From positions 120,022 through 184,021 of the IMG/VR virus record IMGVR_UViG_3300018080_000105: 64,000 bases of DNA. One strand, 5' to 3'. The DNA comes from a virus. The notes under the pieces were generated by a model, which worked only from the letters and a program-made list of their open reading frames with translations, made no database searches and had not been told where the DNA came from. Both the position numbers and the translations under genes were made by a program. Shown piece by piece: positions 45,904 to 54,608 of the stretch. Within the stretch, counting starts at the first letter, position 1. Every line of letters begins with the position of its first letter.

Positions 45904-46663
45904 TGACTTTTCCATCTGCAAACTCAATACGCGTACCATGATGCAGAGACAGTTCATTGGAGACGAATTCGATCTTCTCCCGAAACCGCTGCATGTCACG
46001 ATCCTGCCGCAGGCACGGCACCCCGTCAGCATAGCCAATGCCGCCATCATGCCCGTACAACAGAAAGTCAGTAAACCCAGCCAGGTGCAGAAAATGCAGA
46101 CCCATCACTGAAGTGTCTGTGGTCAGCAGTTCCTCTGCATCAACGGACTCCTCAACTTTCTTCGGATCCCAGTCCATCTGTGACCGGTGAGTCACTACGA
46201 CGTTCCTGTCATGGCCCAGTACATCTGTCACGGGTATAGACCCAACCCCTCGCTGGTCCTTGTGTACGTAGGCCGGGCAAACAAACTTGCCAATTCGGTG
46301 CCAATGCGCTCGACAGTTCATCAAGGCGTTTTCATCACTGAAGAACGCATAATCAGAGTACGGAACCAGCAAGATGGCCTCATTGACTGTAGCTACCGTA
46401 CCTGCGTATCGAATGTAATCGCTGGCCCGCGCAGCACTAGGCCCCTTGGCCACATACAACACACGCCCGCGACGTCGTCGCCACTCTTCCACATCCCGAT
46501 AACTGGACTGGTAACCCTCCGGAATCTGGATGCGAGCACGATCCAGCATGTCTTCCCTCGCTCGCCACCAATCCGCAGATCGTGTGACAGCGATATCCAC
46601 TCCCTTCAAAGATCGCTTGAACGGCACCCCGCGATAGTATTCTGACGGGTATGTTTCATCCAC
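45896..46663 (-). CDS. Maf/DUF115 (GT29-like) glycosyltransferase-fold protein
   Basis: VLYVAKGPS, VATVNEA, AFFSDE, TSVMGLHFLHLAGFTDFLLYGHD. Confidence 0.65.
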   Translation of the reverse strand: MDETYPSEYYRGVPFKRSLKGVDIAVTRSADWWRAREDMLDRARIQIPEGYQSSYRDVEEWRRRRGRVLYVAKGPSAARASDYIRYAGTVATVNEAILLVPYSDYAFFSDENALMNCRAHWHRIGKFVCPAYVHKDQRGVGSIPVTDVLGHDRNVVVTHRSQMDWDPKKVEESVDAEELLTTDTSVMGLHFLHLAGFTDFLLYGHDGGIGYADGVPCLRQDRDMQRFREKIEFVSNELSLHHGTRIEFADGKVIE

Positions 46664-47888
46664 GTTTCATCTCCTTTCTGAGGACAACAGCCTGAAACTT
46701 CTGGCGCCCAGCTGTCCTGTAAAAATCTCCTTGGTGAAAAACACAGTGCGGCCCCAAACGTGATTCCAAATACGCTCCATGCGCTGATTTCATCACACAA
46801 GGGTGAGTCGCAGATCGGATCTCAATCCGCTTCTCGTCACAAATGGCCTGGACTAAACCAGGCACACCATCAACCGCATCTGAAATCTGGATGCTGGTGA
46901 GTACCCGCTCACCCATGTTCAACGTAAACGACGGACGCTTACCGAAAAATTGAAAGTTGCGATACCAGCGACCGCACTCACACTGCTGCCATTTCGTACC
47001 AATGTGGCATCTGTCATCGTTCAAGTAATCAATGAACGGAAAAGCTGGGTTGAAGTAATCTGTACAAGACAGTTGCCCATCAACTTCCTGCATATCACAC
47101 AACCAGTCGTACGTGTGGTACGTACCGAACTGACACTGGAAGAAAGAAGCGCCGCCATCCCAACAACGCATGTTGTCGCATACGTGGTCGACAATGCCGC
47201 GATCTACAAGTTGCCTGGCAGCATCTTGATCCACAGTCTCGCACGACGTGTACAGCAGCGACGCCAGCCGTCTTAATCGCCCCGAGTCCAGATACGATTG
47301 CATTGTTGACCAGGATGACACGACCACGTCAAACTCTCTGCGATTACTGTTTTGCAATTCATGAACCAGTCGCTGACACATCTTTGGCCCCTCCAGCTGC
47401 GGGGGGTACCGAAACCAGTAGGTACGCGCCACTCTCGCACCAGAGCTAGCGAGCGGTTCTTGCCACGTTGATTGCCGAATAGACAGCCGCACATCTTTCT
47501 GTGCGGGGTCAGGCACTAATCGAAGCACCGACGGACATTCCGGTACGTGGAACTCACGCTGAATCACATTGTTCTTAGCCCGCATGATTTTGGGCTTCTG
47601 CCAGCTGTAATACTTGAACCGTGATCCCGTCGTCGCAGATGTGGTACACGTAACCACGTCTTCGCACCGCAGCGGCGGCATACCCGCCAATGTATCGCGC
47701 GTCTGGAATTGCCCGATCGTGTCAGCGTAATGCGGGAACTTCGATCTGGCCCATTCTCGAATGAAGAAATCGCGCTCCTCCCGAAACTGAAGAAGCGCAT
47801 CCAAATCATACTGCAGGTCCGACAGCTCAAATGCCCGCTCTGTGTCCAGGAGCTGGTCAAGCTCTCGCAGGGGCTGCCGCAGGTTCAT
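46656..47888 (-). CDS. CapK/PaaK-like adenylate-forming ligase
   Basis: TTSATTGS P-loop-like motif, LYTSCE, DNMRCWDGG, LSCTDYFN.AFPFIDYLNDD, CECGR, FFGKR. Confidence 0.75.
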   Translation of the reverse strand: MNLRQPLRELDQLLDTERAFELSDLQYDLDALLQFREERDFFIREWARSKFPHYADTIGQFQTRDTLAGMPPLRCEDVVTCTTSATTGSRFKYYSWQKPKIMRAKNNVIQREFHVPECPSVLRLVPDPAQKDVRLSIRQSTWQEPLASSGARVARTYWFRYPPQLEGPKMCQRLVHELQNSNRREFDVVVSSWSTMQSYLDSGRLRRLASLLYTSCETVDQDAARQLVDRGIVDHVCDNMRCWDGGASFFQCQFGTYHTYDWLCDMQEVDGQLSCTDYFNPAFPFIDYLNDDRCHIGTKWQQCECGRWYRNFQFFGKRPSFTLNMGERVLTSIQISDAVDGVPGLVQAICDEKRIEIRSATHPCVMKSAHGAYLESRLGPHCVFHQGDFYRTAGRQKFQAVVLRKEMKRG

Positions 47889-48363
47889 ATTTTGCGAACT
47901 CCTTCACGAACTCACACAAAGCCTGTCGCAGACCGTTGTAGTCCAGAGCCGCCAGGTCGGTTGTCTCCAGGTACTTCACGCAGCCCTTCTCGTCATCCAG
48001 CAGCAACAGGTACTCGCCGGCCTCACAGGCGTCCGGATCGTCAAAATCAACGCAGCCAGATTGTAGCGTAATCCCGTTCCTGGCCTCCACCGTCAGCGGA
48101 TTCCGAAACGGCTCGTATTCCTCGAAGTCGGCGATCAGGCGAGCCACCGCAGCGGAAGCCGTGCTGTGTGGTCCGACACTGGTAGCCGCCATCGGCTGGT
48201 TTGATTTCAGCACATGCGGCGGGAATTCATCCGGATCAGCAAAGAAACTGCCCTCGCGACGACGCCAGACACACAAGACTGTTCGTTGGTCGACAACGTG
48301 CCGATTGAAGAACAACTGGACTGTGCGTTCGAGGTTCTTTTTGTCGTTTTCGGTGAGTGTCAT
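47857..48363 (-). CDS. hypothetical protein
   Basis: 168 aa; ATG 2 nt downstream of the 17-nt motif. Confidence 0.75.
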   Translation of the reverse strand: MTLTENDKKNLERTVQLFFNRHVVDQRTVLCVWRRREGSFFADPDEFPPHVLKSNQPMAATSVGPHSTASAAVARLIADFEEYEPFRNPLTVEARNGITLQSGCVDFDDPDACEAGEYLLLLDDEKGCVKYLETTDLAALDYNGLRQALCEFVKEFAKYEPAAAPARA

Positions 48364-48365
48364 GG

Positions 48366-48382
48366 TGGTTCCTATTTACCGG
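48366..48382 (-). promoter_or_regulatory. 17-nt recurrent motif CCGGTAAATAGGAACCA
   Basis: Identical to 40405-40421 and 50687-50703. Confidence 0.7.
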
Positions 48383-49263
48383 TCTCGCCGGTGGGAAGGG
48401 TTTTCTCACGTACGGGAAATAGTCGTGTGTGACGCCACACAGACGAATTTTGTATCATCTGTGATACGGTTTTGCTGTACGTGGTTGTACATCGTATTTT
48501 TACCAGCAAAACGATACCGTTTGTGAGAATCGAGCCTCGCAGAGCCTGATTTTTATCGGTGTCGAGTCACGGGCGTTTTGTTCGGTTTTCCAACTACTAG
48601 CGGCGCAACGAGTTACGTCGAGGTGTGCGAGCGCCTATAGCATAAAGTTTGAAACTCTGTTTTCGAGTAGTCAAAAAGTATTACTACATGTCCTACCCTT
48701 ACGTAGAAGTTGAGTTTCCGTAAGTCGTGTCACTGTCTCGGGTTGTGATGCAACTTTACCCATTGTGACTATAGCATAAAGTTATGCTATTGATTACAGC
48801 ATAATGCTGAATACGCAGGTCGCCGCCTTCTGCGGCTCCCCGCGTATTCTGAGAGCGAAAGAAAGAGACAACCAGGCACGTTCACGCCAAACCTTCGTGG
48901 TGCCTCCGGCCGCGTACGCCCAGGGGCTGCGGCCGGACTCGGCCCTGCTCACTCCCGAAGCCAGTGTGGGCCGAGGCCGTCGCGTTAGTTGTTGCTCCGC
49001 TATCACCGGTAACCACCGATACAGGGGTCTGATTGTCGGCTTGGTTTGCCGGGAACTTAGCGAAACGGCCCCGTGGCGCTCCTCTGACAGTCTCGCGAGT
49101 AGGGTCGCTTGCGTATCGCTGTTACCGGCCCGCAGAAAGCCTCTCAGAGCCTCGTAGCTGATTTCTGTTTCAGAAGTAACCCTGATTTCCCTAAGTCTTT
49201 TCTGGTAAATGACTTACGGCAAACTGCTGTAAGAAAAACCGTAAGTCTTTTCTTACAAAGGGG
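48383..49263. promoter_or_regulatory. large non-coding control region (candidate origin/operator cluster)
   Basis: No convincing ORF; direct repeat CTATAGCATAAAGTT (48635, 48769); palindrome ATAGCATAA-AG-TTATGCTAT (48771-48790); CCGTAAGTC at 48718 and 49239, inverted at 49211; TGTAAGAAAA/TTTTCTTACA (49228-49257). Confidence 0.6.
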
Positions 49264-49812
49264 TTACGTCAATTGAGCTTTTCGTCGCTCGCACAGCAAT
49301 TTAGTGTGTTCCTCCCAAAGCAGCCGCGTGTTCACGCCAGGCGTCATGTCGAAATGATCTGTCAAAGAATCAAGCAGGCTGTCCAGCTGGGCTTCTGCAG
49401 CGTCTCTCTGTGCGGTGATTGCTGCGCTGTCTGCCGGTTGGTCGTCGGCTTCTTTGTCGCCGAGGTGGCCCCTCCCCGCCGGTTGTCGCGGCGGTAGGTC
49501 TGCGTCCCGTCGCGGCATAGGGATGTACTTTGTTGTGAAAAAGCCCAGCAACGGATCTTCCCTAACCAGCATCTGGACAAATACGGTCACGGCGCCAGCA
49601 CGGTTGCCGACTACTTTCCCGTTGATTTTCACTTGATCCTGAAACAGAGGCTCGCTGCTTCGCTGGATCTCGAACTCCAGGAAAAGTTCCGGAAGCGGTT
49701 GAATCGAAAAAGACTCAGTCGCCCGGAGAATGGTCTGAATGTGGTAGCTAAACGAGTCCAATCGGTACTCACCCGTCGCGACCTGACTCTCGCTTGGTTT
49801 CAGTGATGTCAT
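49264..49812 (-). CDS. hypothetical protein
   Basis: 182 aa, ATGA-coupled. Confidence 0.65.
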   Translation of the reverse strand: MTSLKPSESQVATGEYRLDSFSYHIQTILRATESFSIQPLPELFLEFEIQRSSEPLFQDQVKINGKVVGNRAGAVTVFVQMLVREDPLLGFFTTKYIPMPRRDADLPPRQPAGRGHLGDKEADDQPADSAAITAQRDAAEAQLDSLLDSLTDHFDMTPGVNTRLLWEEHTKLLCERRKAQLT

Positions 49813-50108
49813 ACGACGTCCTTCGAGCGAATTTTGTGCACATCCTGTTTCATGCGTTTGTACATGGCGAGCTGTTCATCGATGTGGGCCTTCAACGCCC
49901 GCTTCGCACAGCGGAAGTTCTTGAACCACCTCCCATCTTTGCCGCAAATGACTCCTCCTCCCCCTGGATGGTCCGGGTGGGAGGGGTCCAGTTCTCCGTT
50001 CTCGTCAAAGCGAAGAGGCTCACCGGATTCGCCGCATTCCGCGGTTTCGATTCCGTAGTGAGCCTCGTTGCATTCATGCCATCCATAGACTTGGTGGCTT
50101 TTTCTCAC
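49809..50108 (-). CDS. hypothetical protein
   Basis: 99 aa, overlap-coupled on both sides. Confidence 0.65.
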   Translation of the reverse strand: MRKSHQVYGWHECNEAHYGIETAECGESGEPLRFDENGELDPSHPDHPGGGGVICGKDGRWFKNFRCAKRALKAHIDEQLAMYKRMKQDVHKIRSKDVV

Positions 50109-50683
50109 GTCAACATTTTCTCCTCGAAATGATGTTCGATGGGTTCTCTGTCGAAGATGATCTCCTGCTGCCCGCAGGCCACATGATCAATATCGGCAGC
50201 GTAGTCTGGTGTTCCGTCATTGTTCAGGTGGTAGTGCAAGTCTTCCACAATGACGAACGGGCGACCACATTCTGCACAGACCCATTCACGATGGGGCCAG
50301 AAGAATACGCCGTCTGGGGTTAGCAGCACCATCTGTGCCGCGTCTACTTTGGTGTTTGTCTCCAGGTCACGAAATCCGTCACCCTTCTTAGGGTCGCAGC
50401 CCAGTTGTCTCGCTGAAGGGTCGTTGCCATTCAGTCGCTGCGCTGCCAGCCCGGCGGCCGTGTCTTCCGGGAACCATGTCCCGCGAAGCCATTGGAAAAC
50501 CTGCCGGTGCTCGGTGATGATGTGCTCTCGTTGCTTTGGCGTAGCGTGTTTGAATTTCACTCCACCGAGGGCGACGATTTTGCGATACGCGATAACGCGC
50601 TCTTTGTAGCTGATGCTCCACTGGATGTCCGGACGATTGAGGTTCCGGTACACCTTGATCGGCATCACTGTCTCATCAGACAT
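50105..50683 (-). CDS. hypothetical protein
   Basis: 192 aa; begins 3 nt after the 17-nt motif; C-terminal CAECG. Confidence 0.7.
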   Translation of the reverse strand: MSDETVMPIKVYRNLNRPDIQWSISYKERVIAYRKIVALGGVKFKHATPKQREHIITEHRQVFQWLRGTWFPEDTAAGLAAQRLNGNDPSARQLGCDPKKGDGFRDLETNTKVDAAQMVLLTPDGVFFWPHREWVCAECGRPFVIVEDLHYHLNNDGTPDYAADIDHVACGQQEIIFDREPIEHHFEEKMLT

Positions 50684-50686
50684 GCC

Positions 50687-50703
50687 TGGTTCCTATTTAC
50701 CGG
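50687..50703 (-). promoter_or_regulatory. 17-nt recurrent motif CCGGTAAATAGGAACCA
   Basis: Identical to 40405-40421 and 48366-48382; contains the stop codon of the upstream methyltransferase. Confidence 0.7.
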
Positions 50704-52171
50704 CCGTCGTGAGAGCTGGTAGCTCTGCATCCCGGGGAGTCCCCGGCACCTGCACAGTAACAAGGACGGTGTTGACCATCGTCCCGCTCTCTTTGAAGCT
50801 GCCATCCGGCAGGTCTTCAATCTGGCCGCCCATACTTTCCAGCCATTCGCGAAATGCGACGCTGGCTTTGTCTTGCCTGTATTGTGCCCCGTTGCTCATA
50901 ACAGCTGCAAGACGCCCTCCCGGACGGAGGAACTTGGCAGCGTGCATGACATGGGCCACATCTCTCTTGTGGGAGAACGGAGGGTTCATCACCACTGCGT
51001 CGAAGCCTTTGGGTTCTTTGACTTCCAGATCGCCAGGCACGGCATCCAGGAAATTACCCGGCCACGGACAGAACGCCTCCACAACATCAAAGTCATTGCG
51101 AAGTTCGTCGTACCGCTCCTGGTCCAGTTCCACGGCCATGCCCATCGCCCCACGTTTGATCGCAGCACGTACGATCGCCCCGCCGCCTGCCGACGGCTCC
51201 AGCATGTTGGTGCCTTCGTGAACATCGGCAGCGTCCAGCAATCGTTCTACCAGCTTCGGAGGTGTCTGAAAGTAGTTCAGATCCCCGTTCGGCGCTAGTG
51301 GCGGTTGATTGTACTGCTGTTGTGCCGCGTACTTGTCCCGTACGCCGTGGTACTCGTGTTCATTATCCGCCCCGAGAACCTTCTCTCCACAACGCCAGTT
51401 GAACTCGTCCAGCAGGTCGAGCCGTTTGATCACCAAGTGCAGGTTCTGGTTCTTGAAACATTTGAACTTAAAGTACGTTGTTTCACCCGAGTTGTTGCTC
51501 GGGTCGCACTGAATCACTGCCGGGTGAAGCTCCCCACGATAGCCTTTCGGGTAATCTTTACCGTCAAGCAGGTGCATGATGGTGTCGAACGCTTCCAGTC
51601 GCTCCCCTGTAGTCCCGTAGTTGAGGTGGTAATTGGTACTGAGCCGCGAGACACCAAATGGCACGATTACCTTGGGACTGAGTTGGTAACGATTTTGCCG
51701 GTTGGTTACGTAGTCATCGCTGGCGTACGGCTTCATGCTGTTGTACACCTCTCGACAGGACTCATCGAGATACTGCTCAGCAGAGATGGCCATCCCGGCG
51801 GCTACTTCGCACAGGCTTTCCGGCGTGATATCTGGCCAGTTGTCGATGTGGTTTTCTTGATTGTCATGCTTCTCCACGAACATTTCGCGAAATTCTCGCT
51901 TCCGTTCGGGAGTCATGAACCGGTGCAAGTCCATGTGATTGATCAACATTCGCCAGACTGTCCGTTTCATCTCACGGGCAATCAACTCGGTGTCGCACTC
52001 CTTTTCGATTGTGCAGGAGTAACTGAACGATCCTCCGAGCGGGTTGAAGGCTGTATTCAACTCTCGCATGACTTCAAAGAACTCACGCATTTTCTGCAGA
52101 GCCCTGGGCGTGATGTCCGCGTAGGCAGCAGCTAACTGCTCAGCTGTTGTGTATGGTACGAGGTCGCTCAT
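50693..52171 (-). CDS. DUF4942-domain N6-adenine DNA methyltransferase
   Basis: N-terminal TYFKFKCFKNQNLHL (DUF4942-like); C-terminal YFQTP, MLEPSAGGG (SAM binding), VVMNPPF, LRPGGRLAAV. Confidence 0.85.
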   Translation of the reverse strand: MSDLVPYTTAEQLAAAYADITPRALQKMREFFEVMRELNTAFNPLGGSFSYSCTIEKECDTELIAREMKRTVWRMLINHMDLHRFMTPERKREFREMFVEKHDNQENHIDNWPDITPESLCEVAAGMAISAEQYLDESCREVYNSMKPYASDDYVTNRQNRYQLSPKVIVPFGVSRLSTNYHLNYGTTGERLEAFDTIMHLLDGKDYPKGYRGELHPAVIQCDPSNNSGETTYFKFKCFKNQNLHLVIKRLDLLDEFNWRCGEKVLGADNEHEYHGVRDKYAAQQQYNQPPLAPNGDLNYFQTPPKLVERLLDAADVHEGTNMLEPSAGGGAIVRAAIKRGAMGMAVELDQERYDELRNDFDVVEAFCPWPGNFLDAVPGDLEVKEPKGFDAVVMNPPFSHKRDVAHVMHAAKFLRPGGRLAAVMSNGAQYRQDKASVAFREWLESMGGQIEDLPDGSFKESGTMVNTVLVTVQVPGTPRDAELPALTTAGK

Positions 52172-52401
52172 ATCGGGTAGGGGTTCTCTGTGATAAGGAT
52201 CGAACCAGATGCCTCACCCTGGATATCCGGGCCGCCGGCGACCACAGTCAACAGATCAGTCAACGACACTGTCGCAATCAGCTGGTCTGTGGCGTCGGGG
52301 CGGTAGCGATGTATTTCCAGCGTATGATCGTTGTGCAGACAGACTTCGATTTGCTCTGTCGTATCATGTCGCTTGTTGACGAGGACGAAATCAGCCCTCA
52401 C
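52168..52401 (-). CDS. small hypothetical protein
   Basis: GTG at 52401 (MRADFVLVN) with a GGAGG SD; overlaps the upstream stop (TAGTG). Confidence 0.6.
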   Translation of the reverse strand: MRADFVLVNKRHDTTEQIEVCLHNDHTLEIHRYRPDATDQLIATVSLTDLLTVVAGGPDIQGEASGSILITENPYPI

Positions 52402-52645
52402 TACGAGCCTCCTGTGGAGATCGCATGTCCGATTCCGCCAAGCGGATTTCTTCCGCGGCGCATGGTATCTGGACAACTAACTCGTTGTCCTCCACCAAGA
52501 TTTGTACCAACGGATTCGGGAAGTCTGCTGGCATCGTGCTGCGTATCTGAAGACACCCCTGTACTTCGTGGCTGATCTCCACTTCGCGCTGTCCCCACGT
52601 CGTCGGATCGACCAGCATCACCGTTTTCGTCATTTGATCTCTCAT
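52391..52645 (-). CDS. small hypothetical protein (overlaps 52401-52874 in another frame)
   Basis: GAGGAGG SD before ATG 52645/52633; protein-like MTKTVMLVDPTTWG...PLVQILVEDNELVVQI. Confidence 0.5.
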   Translation of the reverse strand: MRDQMTKTVMLVDPTTWGQREVEISHEVQGCLQIRSTMPADFPNPLVQILVEDNELVVQIPCAAEEIRLAESDMRSPQEARSEG

Positions 52646-52874
52646 TTTCCTCCTCATCAAAATAGAAAGCACGCAGCGGTGCTGTATGGTGGCATTGTTC
52701 ACACCATACTGCGGAATCTTCATCGTAGATAACGTCCCCTTCGTGCTCGGCGCCGTCGTCAGTTAAGCGAAACTGTGCAGTACCCTCCACAAGGAAATTA
52801 CTGGCGTTACCACAACGCGGGCACTGGACACCATCCAGACAATTGTCATTGCCGTTGTGATCCATATTTGTCAC
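52401..52874 (-). CDS. Zn-ribbon protein
   Basis: CPRCG...WCEQCH in the first 65 aa; low-complexity C-terminal half overlaps another ORF. Confidence 0.6.
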   Translation of the reverse strand: MTNMDHNGNDNCLDGVQCPRCGNASNFLVEGTAQFRLTDDGAEHEGDVIYDEDSAVWCEQCHHTAPLRAFYFDEEENERSNDENGDAGRSDDVGTARSGDQPRSTGVSSDTQHDASRLPESVGTNLGGGQRVSCPDTMRRGRNPLGGIGHAISTGGS

Positions 52875-53074
52875 TCCTCGACGTAGAAGTTCTCTTCGCC
52901 TTCGGGGCAGTTTTCCCGCATCAACGCCAGGCAGCGGCGGATGGATTTTTGCGTACGGCCCCCAGAGGTTTCACTGTGTTCGCATCGCGTACACGTAACC
53001 TCAACTCCGAGGATCTCTTTGCCTTTGAACGGGACAGTGACGGGTGTGACTTCACATTCCACTTTGTCAGCCAC
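52871..53074 (-). CDS. small Cys-containing protein
   Basis: 67 aa; CTRC, RRCLALMRENCP. Confidence 0.7.
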   Translation of the reverse strand: MADKVECEVTPVTVPFKGKEILGVEVTCTRCEHSETSGGRTQKSIRRCLALMRENCPEGEENFYVEE

Positions 53075-53375
53075 AACTCATCTCCTTTTCGGCTTCCTGC
53101 TTTGGCCGTTTCTCCAGACGGATGAAGCCTGGAATCTTCTTTAAGCTCACTGGGCCTCGGTTATCACGCCCGTGCTCACGGGTTCTTTCCGCCGCTCTCA
53201 CGGCTGCCTCCAGCCCGTTAAACCAAGCGCTCTGGCTGCCGAACAAATTGCCGGCAGTGATGCGGTATTTATTTGCCTGCTCCAGACTTTTCTGGAGCTC
53301 CAGAAAATTTGCATTACCTAGCGGTAGTTGCAGCAGTGTTTCTGTGTGATGTGATTCTTCATCTTCCCACGACAT
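53067..53375 (-). CDS. hypothetical protein
   Basis: 102 aa, operon-coupled. Confidence 0.65.
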   Translation of the reverse strand: MSWEDEESHHTETLLQLPLGNANFLELQKSLEQANKYRITAGNLFGSQSAWFNGLEAAVRAAERTREHGRDNRGPVSLKKIPGFIRLEKRPKQEAEKEMSCG

Positions 53376-53378
53376 ACA

Positions 53379-54605
53379 TTACCCAAAATCGATGTGACGA
53401 CGGCGACCCCCGTCGGGATCTGTATGAGGACGTAGCTGATTCAACTCGTCCTGCAACTCATTGGCGCGAGATTGCAATTCGCGACGCTCGGCACGTAGCT
53501 GTTGTAATTCACTGGAAAGCCGACGAGTTTCAATTGCTCGTCGATCACGTTCCAGTCGCCCGCCAATGTGATCAATGTACGCAGCGATCCCGCGGTCAAA
53601 ATCTTCTCCAGTGGCGAACTGAAACTCTGTAATATGCCTGTCGTGAAACAGGGATTCCCGCGGGAACATCAACGCTTTGTAAGTGCGAAAGAAGAACTCT
53701 CCCATCACACGCTCATTGCACTCGTCAAGTAATACCCACTTTTCGACTGCCCATGGACTACCATCGGCAGTCGTTCCACGCGGCACGAGCAACATGTTGT
53801 AAGCCCGGGCCTGGTCCGCAAACTTTGACGGTATAACACCGTCGTGTGTAATGGTAGGGTACGCTGGTGGCGGCGGAGGCGGAGGCGGCGGGGGCGCCGC
53901 TGGCACGGTAGACGACTCTGTCCGACGCGGACGATACGGTGGCTGATCGTCAATTATTTGCGACAGGCGAGGCGGCTGCTGGTTCTGTTGGTTTGGTCGA
54001 AAACCCTCCATCACCTGAGAAGCATGCAATACCAGTTGTTCCCAAGTAGCGAACTCCCGCCATGACGTGGGCTCACCGCCAACAAACTGACGACACGTGT
54101 TCACGACCGGGTTGGCCGTCAACACGAGGCTGATCCGCCCGCTATCCGGGTCCACCTGCCGAACAGACCACTGCTCGGTGTGAGTTTGTACAACGTGGTA
54201 CCCAAATGTGTTGGCCGCGTCTACCAGGTCCAACGTGAGACGGCACATGTGGACTTTATCTGAAACATAGCGCGACACGTCTGGGCCATCCGCCGAGTTG
54301 TCGGCTTCAAGGTATTGCATCAGACACGCCACCAGCATCGCAATGAAGTCTTCGTCAGCGTACATTTGCACCGCTCGGTGCCCCGCCGCAATGCACCACC
54401 ACCGTAAAATTTTGTTGGAACCTGGAAACAATTTGAGAACCTCCCGGCGGCGAGAGGTGTCGATTACCGCCCACCGGGAGGTGTCGTCTGTATGTTCCAA
54501 CGACAACCGCCCACAGATGTGCGTTGGAAAAGTGCTCGACAACTGTTGGTGCAGTTGTTGAAATAATTGAGCATGCCGGTCTGTGGTTGGTCGTGGAAGT
54601 GTCAT
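53379..54605 (-). CDS. hypothetical protein with poly-Pro linker and C-terminal coiled coil
   Basis: 408-aa ORF; PPPPPPPPPPP linker; heptad-like tail. Confidence 0.8.
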   Translation of the reverse strand: MTLPRPTTDRHAQLFQQLHQQLSSTFPTHICGRLSLEHTDDTSRWAVIDTSRRREVLKLFPGSNKILRWWCIAAGHRAVQMYADEDFIAMLVACLMQYLEADNSADGPDVSRYVSDKVHMCRLTLDLVDAANTFGYHVVQTHTEQWSVRQVDPDSGRISLVLTANPVVNTCRQFVGGEPTSWREFATWEQLVLHASQVMEGFRPNQQNQQPPRLSQIIDDQPPYRPRRTESSTVPAAPPPPPPPPPPAYPTITHDGVIPSKFADQARAYNMLLVPRGTTADGSPWAVEKWVLLDECNERVMGEFFFRTYKALMFPRESLFHDRHITEFQFATGEDFDRGIAAYIDHIGGRLERDRRAIETRRLSSELQQLRAERRELQSRANELQDELNQLRPHTDPDGGRRRHIDFG

Positions 54606-54608
54606 GGT

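Noticed and set aside
48794-49157. ORFs 48794-49006 (-) and 48804-49157 (+) in the control region
   Set aside because: R/S/A-rich non-protein-like composition, no SD, mutually overlapping; the region is better explained as non-coding.
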